Origin: Candidatus Latescibacterota bacterium | GTDB lineage: Bacteria > Latescibacterota > UBA2968 | Length of the DNA stretch: 64,000 nucleotides | Direction: 5' to 3' | NCBI GenBank assembly: GCA_965222605.1 | Contig: OZ244960.1 | Span: 4,960,001 to 5,024,000 of the forward strand | In this document: positions 57,936 through 64,000 of the stretch, one piece after another | Position numbering within the stretch: the stretch's first letter is position 1 | Layout of the letters: every line of letters begins with the position of its first letter | The notes under the pieces: model-generated | The model's input: the letters and a program-made list of their open reading frames with translations, nothing else | The model's database searches: none | Told to the model about the DNA's origin: nothing | Made by a program: the position numbers and the translations under genes

Positions 57936-58694
57936 ATGCACACCAGCACCCTCTTAATCTCTCGGGACTTTGAATACTGGCAATCTGGCGAAAACGGCCT
58001 CACTTGCGTCGATTTTGAGACCTTCTGTCCGGACTACCACGAATTGGACCGCACGGGTGTCATCTCTCCCCATCTCGAAGACGGCATACTGCACGCCGGG
58101 TGTGCACTTCTGGCACTGACCACCGCCTTTTACGATATCTGGCGCTCACGCACGGATGATTTTTTTATCTATCCCCAGCACTTTGCCATCCTGGACATCA
58201 CCAGAGAAGGCGTCAACACGGGATGCGGACGCCTGCCACTTGAGAAAAGTACGCTGGGCGGTCCCTGGAGCAACTTAGACGTCTGGCCCAACTCAAAATG
58301 GATTCCCGCCCACGGCAGCGTTTCCGGCATGCTCAAGAAAGCGTTTGACCTCCAGATCAACCGCCTATTCTGGCCCGAGACCTTCCGCCCAAACCGCGGA
58401 GAAAAATCTCTACCTGCTTATGCGGTCAAAATGTTCCGTACCCACCTGAAAGCTGTCTATTATTACAACACCTCCGAACCCAATATCGAAATCCATACCG
58501 CACAAAACGTGCAAGACCTCCTTCAGACGAGCCTCAACAGACTGTCCGACATAGATGGCCTATCAATACAACACTTTCTTCAGCGACATGTTCTCGAAAA
58601 CCCACAGACCGATCATCGTTACGTCGAACAGTATCGCAAAGTAGCCCTGGATCATTTTCTCAACGACATGGCGGATTGCTTTGCAAATGCCTGA
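57936..58694 (+). CDS. Hypothetical protein (252 aa)
   Basis: ATG 2 nt after the enolase stop, same strand and similar codon style. No family recognised. Confidence 0.7.
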   Translation: MHTSTLLISRDFEYWQSGENGLTCVDFETFCPDYHELDRTGVISPHLEDGILHAGCALLALTTAFYDIWRSRTDDFFIYPQHFAILDITREGVNTGCGRLPLEKSTLGGPWSNLDVWPNSKWIPAHGSVSGMLKKAFDLQINRLFWPETFRPNRGEKSLPAYAVKMFRTHLKAVYYYNTSEPNIEIHTAQNVQDLLQTSLNRLSDIDGLSIQHFLQRHVLENPQTDHRYVEQYRKVALDHFLNDMADCFANA

Positions 58695-58730
58695 TCAAGC
58701 CTCTCATAATTTTCTCTTGCGGGGAATCCT

Positions 58731-60080
58731 TTGGCCAACGGTCAACTCTTACACCTGCTAACCGCCCGCGCCGAGTCTAAAAATCCCCTTCGCGTGGGCC
58801 TCATCGGCGCTGGAAAATTCGGCACCATGTTTCTGGCCCAGGCCCGTCGCGTTGCGGGTCTGCACGTCCTGGGTGTGGCCGATCTATCCCTGCACCGGGC
58901 GCGTGAAGCCCTCACGCGTGCTGAGTGGCCGCCCGAACAATTTGCCGCAACCCACTTCGATCACGCCCTCAAAACCGGCGCCACCCATCTCACCGATGAC
59001 GGCGATGCCCTCATCCGGGCGGACGGACTGGATGTTCTGATCGAAGCCACTGGCAATCCTCTCGCAGGCATCCACTACGCCCTTCAAGCCATCGAACACG
59101 GGCGCCACCTGGTCATGGTCAATGTCGAAGCAGACGTCCTGGCCGGTCCCATTCTGGCCCAACGTGCAGCATCCGCCGGCCTCGTGTACACTCTCGCCTA
59201 TGGCGACCAACCGGCTCTGATCTGTGAACTGGTTGAATGGGCCCAGACCAACGGCTTCGACATTGTCTGCGCCGGCAAGGGCACCAAATACCGGCCCGCG
59301 TACCACACATCCACCCCTGATACTGTCTGGGAGCACTACGGTTTCGATGCTGAAACCGCTGCAAAAGGCGGTCTGAACCCCCGTATGTTCAACTCCTTTT
59401 TGGACGGTACAAAATCTGCCATTGAAATGGCCGCTGTCTCAAATGCCACCGGCCTGAATCCCCAGCCCGAAGGCCTGAAATTCCCGCCCTGCGGCATCGA
59501 CCAGCTGTCCGATATTTGCCGGCCTCATAGCGACGGGGGTCAACTTTCCCACAAAGGAACCGTCGAAGTCGTCTCCAGCCTGCAACCAGACGGAACCCCT
59601 GTAGACCGGGATCTGCGCTGGGGTGTTTACGTCACCATCGAAGCCCCCGGCGACTACATCCGCCGCTGCTTCTCCGAATACGGCCTTCCCACTGATTCCA
59701 CTGGACGTTACACGGCCATCTATCGCCCCTACCACCTGGTTGGCATGGAACTCACCACCAGCGTCTTGCGCGCTGGCTTGCGCGGCGAAGCCAGCGGCGC
59801 GCCCGTTGTTTTTAATGCAGACGTTGTCGCCACTGCAAAACGCGATCTCTCCCAAGGAGAAGTCCTGGATGGCGAAGGCGGCTACCGCGTGTACGGCAAA
59901 CTCAGGCCGGCTGATCAGGCTCTTATATCCAACACCCTGCCCATCGGCCTGGCTCACAATCTCAAGCTAAAACACAAAATCGCCGCGGGGCAACCCATAC
60001 ACCAATCCGACGTCGAATTTGACGAAAACAACGCCATTCTTCGCCTCCGCCGGGAAATGGTACAACGCTTTGTGGCGTGA
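58731..60080 (+). CDS. Homoserine dehydrogenase-like NAD(P)-dependent oxidoreductase with C-terminal SAF domain
   Basis: GLIGAGKFG, NVEAD, GDQP, AGKG, DGTK..EM, RPYHL.G.E, LDGEGG. Confidence 0.88.
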   Translation: MANGQLLHLLTARAESKNPLRVGLIGAGKFGTMFLAQARRVAGLHVLGVADLSLHRAREALTRAEWPPEQFAATHFDHALKTGATHLTDDGDALIRADGLDVLIEATGNPLAGIHYALQAIEHGRHLVMVNVEADVLAGPILAQRAASAGLVYTLAYGDQPALICELVEWAQTNGFDIVCAGKGTKYRPAYHTSTPDTVWEHYGFDAETAAKGGLNPRMFNSFLDGTKSAIEMAAVSNATGLNPQPEGLKFPPCGIDQLSDICRPHSDGGQLSHKGTVEVVSSLQPDGTPVDRDLRWGVYVTIEAPGDYIRRCFSEYGLPTDSTGRYTAIYRPYHLVGMELTTSVLRAGLRGEASGAPVVFNADVVATAKRDLSQGEVLDGEGGYRVYGKLRPADQALISNTLPIGLAHNLKLKHKIAAGQPIHQSDVEFDENNAILRLRREMVQRFVA

Positions 60081-60113
60081 ATAGATCCGATCAGGTGACA
60101 CAGCAACGACGAC

Positions 60114-60150
60114 AAATCCCCGACAGCTTTAACACTGTCGGGGATTTTTG
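60114..60150. terminator. Intrinsic terminator between convergent genes
   Basis: AAATCCCCGACAG-N8-CTGTCGGGGATTT followed by TTG. Confidence 0.8.
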
Positions 60151-60241
60151 TGTGTGGATGCCAATCTATTAAGTGTGGGGATAAACGGTTTGCAGTTCAA
60201 CAGTGGTTTGTAACGCGCTGATATTGCAGGTGCGTTTCTGC

Positions 60242-61141
60242 CTACGGCGCATCTGTGCGGAATAGGGGGCGAAGTTTTGTGAGGATGGCATCGAGTTCGC
60301 GATGGTCGTCTTCATCCATTTTTGTGCTGCCAGGCGCGCGCATGCCGCTTGTTTTGAAGATGCCTCGCCGCACGAGCACTTCTTTGGCAAGGCGCAGACC
60401 GAGGATTTGGATCAGGTTGGTGAGTGGAAGGAGTTGATCGAAAAGATCGCGTGCTCTGTCTTCATCGCCTGCTTGAAAGGCATCCCAGATATCAACGTGA
60501 ATATCGACAACCGGGGCGCCGGGCATAAAGCCGCTGGCGCCTCGTCGCATTTCTGAGATCATCCAGCGGCACCACGCGCCGCCAAAAACGCCCTGACAGT
60601 GATCCCCTGCTTCGGCGACAATGGTGCTGACGTGATGTGCGCTGGGATTGGCTTCTTCTTTGACGTAGATGAGGTGCTCGACTTCGGTGAGCAGGCGAAC
60701 GAGTGCGGGAGGTTGCATGCCAGCACCTGCGTTCTGGATGAAAATGGGCACTTGTCCAGCGCTGGAAATGGCCTCGAAGTAGCGGAGATTTTCATCTGGT
60801 CCACCGCTGCCCATATAGGGGGGCATGGCGATGACAGCATCGGCACCTGCACGCCCGGCATGGGCGGCGTGTTCGGTGGCTGTGGAGATGTTGGTGCCGG
60901 CCACGCCGACGATGACGGGGATGCGTTTATCGGTTTTTTTGACGACGATTTCGACCAGGGTTTGCCGCTCGCGGTCGGAGAGATATTGAAATTCACCCCC
61001 AAGCACGGGAAAGACCAGGCCACCAGCACCGGCGGCGATGCAGAAGTCGATTTGCCGCTCAAGGCTTTCGATATCGAAGTCACCGGATTCGGCGACGGGT
61101 GTTTGTAACACGGGCAAAATACCGCGGATGAGATCGCTCAA
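60242..61141 (-). CDS. Dihydrodipicolinate synthase family protein
   Basis: GILPVLQTP, GGEF, FIQN, VKEE. TTG start after AGGAGG. Confidence 0.88.
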   Translation of the reverse strand: MSDLIRGILPVLQTPVAESGDFDIESLERQIDFCIAAGAGGLVFPVLGGEFQYLSDRERQTLVEIVVKKTDKRIPVIVGVAGTNISTATEHAAHAGRAGADAVIAMPPYMGSGGPDENLRYFEAISSAGQVPIFIQNAGAGMQPPALVRLLTEVEHLIYVKEEANPSAHHVSTIVAEAGDHCQGVFGGAWCRWMISEMRRGASGFMPGAPVVDIHVDIWDAFQAGDEDRARDLFDQLLPLTNLIQILGLRLAKEVLVRRGIFKTSGMRAPGSTKMDEDDHRELDAILTKLRPLFRTDAP

Positions 61142-61178
61142 GGGAGACCTCCTGGATTAGAACTGCTGGTGCTGACGG

Positions 61179-63848
61179 CTAATAATCGTACGATAGCGAA
61201 ATATTCCAGCGGCGTGATAGGCCAAGGAATACGCGAGCGGTTGCGGCGTCGTGATTGTTGCCGTCATCTGCATCGGATACGTAGCGTTCGTCAAATAAAT
61301 TGAAGACGTGTAATTGCAGTTTCACTTTGCCATTGCCAAATGTATCGCCGGGCAGGGTGTAGCCCGCGTGCAGATTTACCAGGTTGTAATTTGGGAGTTG
61401 CCAGGACTGTTCTCGGTCGTTGGAATCTGTTCGGTTGGCGGGGTCAAATTTGGCGTAGTGATCCATAAGTCGCCGCAGACCCAGCGAGGCGTAGAGGCCG
61501 CGTGTGGGGAATACCGCACAGCCCAGCGCAAGGGTTTTTTGCGCCGAGTCACCCACTTTTAGCCCTTTGGCATAGACTTGAAAGTTGCCGATAACCGATG
61601 GGTCTTCTTCGGGAGAAAATGTGACATTGGCATCGTTGAGCCATTCCCAATTGCCGAGTGATACCATACCGCGCACTTCCAACATGGAATGGGGACGTGC
61701 TTTCAGGTCGAACTCCACGCCTGTATGCCGTGCGTCAATGCCGTTTAGCAAAAATCGGAAGCTCTGGTCGAGCTTTGCGCTGTAGATGCTCTTGGGCCAC
61801 GAGCGATCTTTCCATTTGGTGTAATAGAAATTTGTGTTTGCTGTCACCACACCGCGTTTGAAATAACCGGTACCCAGTTCAAAAGAAGCGACTTTTTCAT
61901 TGAATGTGGGATCGTAGAGGCTGTTGTCGTAGTGGTAAACAGAGTCGAATTTGGGGGCTGTTGAAAGCCAGCCCACATTGGCGTACACATTAACAGAGGG
62001 GGTTGCGTTGTAGTTGCCGCCCACTTTAACGGTGTAGCCTTTGAAGTTTTCCCAGTCTGTCTGATCCCAGTCGCCATTGATCTTTGCGCGGAAATAGTCG
62101 ATGCGTTTATAACCTGTTATGGACGCAGATGTGCTCAAAAATGCCGTAAAGTTGTTAAACCGACCTTCGAGTTGTGCAAAACCACCGCCCCAGCGCGTAA
62201 GGCCGTCGTTGTGGTAGGAGACTTTGTCACCGAGTCGCTTGACGGAGGTCGTGGCATTGCTATCCCAGGGGAAGACGTAATAATCGGCGCCGAGTAAATT
62301 GCGTACTTCGCGCCAGTGCTGTCCTCTGTAATAGCGCAAATCTATGCCAAAGGCCAATTTGTAAATGTCGCTCAAACGGTATTCGGCGGTGCCCAAATAC
62401 CCATACCAGAAGTGTTGATTGACCGAGTTTCGGATAACGGTCCTTGCCGCAATTTCACTGCTGCCCACTTCGCCTGTACCCACCAGGTCGGGATGGGCTT
62501 CTGATGCTGTTCGGGTGTTTAAGTCATCGGCAACGCGTTGCCAGTTGATGCTGCCATCGGGTAGTGCCCTCGGGTTGGTACCCAAACGCCCTGTGCCGCC
62601 GCCTTTCCCGCGCGAAAAATAAAATACATTGGACAGGATGAACTGCTCGTTGGGCGTCCAGTACCAGTTTAAATTGACCTGGGGTTTGTGGTAAAAATTC
62701 TCGCGTTCCATGATGATTTCGCTGTCGCGTGCATCGTGTACCTGGCCGTTGTAGTACTCTTGATAGGATGAAAATGGCGAGTGCCCCCAGTTGGGATTGT
62801 AATCGATGCCGTAGTTTATCGCTCCCGAAACATCAATGCCCAGAGATCGGGCGTAATCGGCATCAAAGGTTGCGATGGATTGTTTGTAGAGGCGGTGTCC
62901 GTGGCGTTGCGGCGCGCCTACGACAAACAGGTCAATTTTGTGCGTATTGGATGCGAAAAAGCTCAATGCAGCAAAATAGGACCACGCCGATGTCCATGCC
63001 TGATTGGGCAGGCCATCGCCGATTTTGCGCGTGAGGCCCAGGGTGAATGCCGTTTTTTCGTTCAGCAAACCCGATGAAAAGTTGACTGTGGTTTTGTAAA
63101 AGGCATTGTTCCCAGCTTCCTGTTTGATTTTGAACCCGCGTTGTTGGCGGGCGATGTCGGTGACAATGTTCATGGTGCCACCCACTGAGGCTATCGCCAG
63201 ATTTGAAGCACCCAATCCGCGCTGTACCTGGATTGACGACGTGACATCGCTCAGGCCATCCCAGTTGGACCAATAGACCCAGCCGTTTTCCATGTCGTTG
63301 ACTGGCACGCCATTGATCATGACGGCAACATTGCGCTGATCAAATCCTCTCACATTGATGCGGGAATCGCCAGGGCCTCCGCCTTGCTCGGTTGCATAAA
63401 CACCCGGCGTATCATTCAAAATCATCGGGAGATCGCGCGAGCCGAGTTTGCGCTGCATATCGGCTTTTGGAACGTCTGAGAAGGCAACGGGTGTTTCGCG
63501 TAATTTGGCGCGGTCGGCAACGACGGTGACTTCTTTGCCCCGAAATGCTTCGGGCATGAGTTCTATAAATAACTTGGCAGCATCCGCTTTTACAACGATG
63601 GCGTTGCGATATTCTTTGTATCCTACAAAACTTATGACGAGCGTATGGTTGCCTTCGCCGACTCTGGTGATCTCAAATTGTCCATCGAGATCTGTAGTAG
63701 TTCCTCGCCCAACACCTTCTAAATACACATTTGCGCCCGTCAGGGCTTCTCCGGTCTCGGCATCGCGCACTTTGCCTTTTAATTCGGCGGCAGACAGGGT
63801 TGAATGGGCCAGGAACAATGCGAAAAAAAACATAAACAGTTGCTTCAT
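61179..63848 (-). CDS. TonB-dependent receptor with CarboxypepD_reg-like N-terminal domain
   Basis: Signal peptide, G.V.DAETGEAL.GANV, plug INVRGF..INGVPVND, VQRG..SVGGTMN, beta-barrel ending in an aromatic residue. AGGAGG RBS. Confidence 0.93.
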   Translation of the reverse strand: MKQLFMFFFALFLAHSTLSAAELKGKVRDAETGEALTGANVYLEGVGRGTTTDLDGQFEITRVGEGNHTLVISFVGYKEYRNAIVVKADAAKLFIELMPEAFRGKEVTVVADRAKLRETPVAFSDVPKADMQRKLGSRDLPMILNDTPGVYATEQGGGPGDSRINVRGFDQRNVAVMINGVPVNDMENGWVYWSNWDGLSDVTSSIQVQRGLGASNLAIASVGGTMNIVTDIARQQRGFKIKQEAGNNAFYKTTVNFSSGLLNEKTAFTLGLTRKIGDGLPNQAWTSAWSYFAALSFFASNTHKIDLFVVGAPQRHGHRLYKQSIATFDADYARSLGIDVSGAINYGIDYNPNWGHSPFSSYQEYYNGQVHDARDSEIIMERENFYHKPQVNLNWYWTPNEQFILSNVFYFSRGKGGGTGRLGTNPRALPDGSINWQRVADDLNTRTASEAHPDLVGTGEVGSSEIAARTVIRNSVNQHFWYGYLGTAEYRLSDIYKLAFGIDLRYYRGQHWREVRNLLGADYYVFPWDSNATTSVKRLGDKVSYHNDGLTRWGGGFAQLEGRFNNFTAFLSTSASITGYKRIDYFRAKINGDWDQTDWENFKGYTVKVGGNYNATPSVNVYANVGWLSTAPKFDSVYHYDNSLYDPTFNEKVASFELGTGYFKRGVVTANTNFYYTKWKDRSWPKSIYSAKLDQSFRFLLNGIDARHTGVEFDLKARPHSMLEVRGMVSLGNWEWLNDANVTFSPEEDPSVIGNFQVYAKGLKVGDSAQKTLALGCAVFPTRGLYASLGLRRLMDHYAKFDPANRTDSNDREQSWQLPNYNLVNLHAGYTLPGDTFGNGKVKLQLHVFNLFDERYVSDADDGNNHDAATARVFLGLSRRWNISLSYDY

Positions 63849-63889
63849 ACTGTACCTCCTAAAAAAATGGGACATATAAATGCGTCAGA

Positions 63890-63906
63890 ACACATACGCT
63901 ATGTGT
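63890..63906. promoter_or_regulatory. Palindrome upstream of the TonB receptor gene
   Basis: ACACATA-CGC-TATGTGT. Confidence 0.35.
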
Positions 63907-63954
63907 GGCGTATTGGACGATGTTGTTGTGACAAATCTAATATATCAATACTTC

Positions 63955-63980
63955 GGGTTATTTTTGAAAAAAAATAACCC
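63955..63980. other. Perfect 11-bp inverted repeat (terminator or operator)
   Basis: GGGTTATTTTT-GAAA-AAAAATAACCC. Confidence 0.5.
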
Positions 63981-64000
63981 AAAAATGCCATTTATCCAGA

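Overview
A 64 kb bacterial chromosomal segment from a diderm organism (TonB receptor, porin remnant, SLBB/Wzz export proteins). The NHL/FG-GAP/dockerin-like surface protein and the multiple enolase and DHDPS-like paralogues resemble Latescibacterota/Gemmatimonadota-type marine or sponge-associated genomes; this is inference only. Main blocks: (1) 1-10.2 kb, + strand accessory genes: FtsX-like permease, OPT-like transporter, Spy-like protein, metallophosphoesterase, YyaL, DUF4160/DUF2442 pair, OSBS/NAAAR. (2) 10.2-13 kb, a decayed patch: yefM with a stub of yoeB, a fused ATP-grasp/transglutaminase remnant, two homologous divergent promoters, and a Rieske fusion gene. (3) 13-27.7 kb, a long - strand run: yicC-gmk-rpoZ-coaBC-udg-dnaB-radA-kptA-diadenylate cyclase-GT87-TPR-moxR-DUF58-ABC-Gfo. 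(4) A non-autonomous IS200/IS605 element with intact TnpB and both ends definable. (5) lepA-lepB-hemW-thrB-SLBB-Wzz-core MetE-giant NHL/FG-GAP protein-tsaC; hemW has no canonical in-frame start codon. (6) recD2, preceded by an unannotated ~300 nt structured RNA locus with its own promoter and a c4-antisense-like layout; this is the best candidate for an undescribed system. (7) tesA/ybbAP-like genes, cinA, purM. (8) An enolase/DHDPS-like catabolic cluster and a TonB-dependent receptor. No tRNA, rRNA or CRISPR array was seen. All calls come from reading motifs by eye; no database searches were run.
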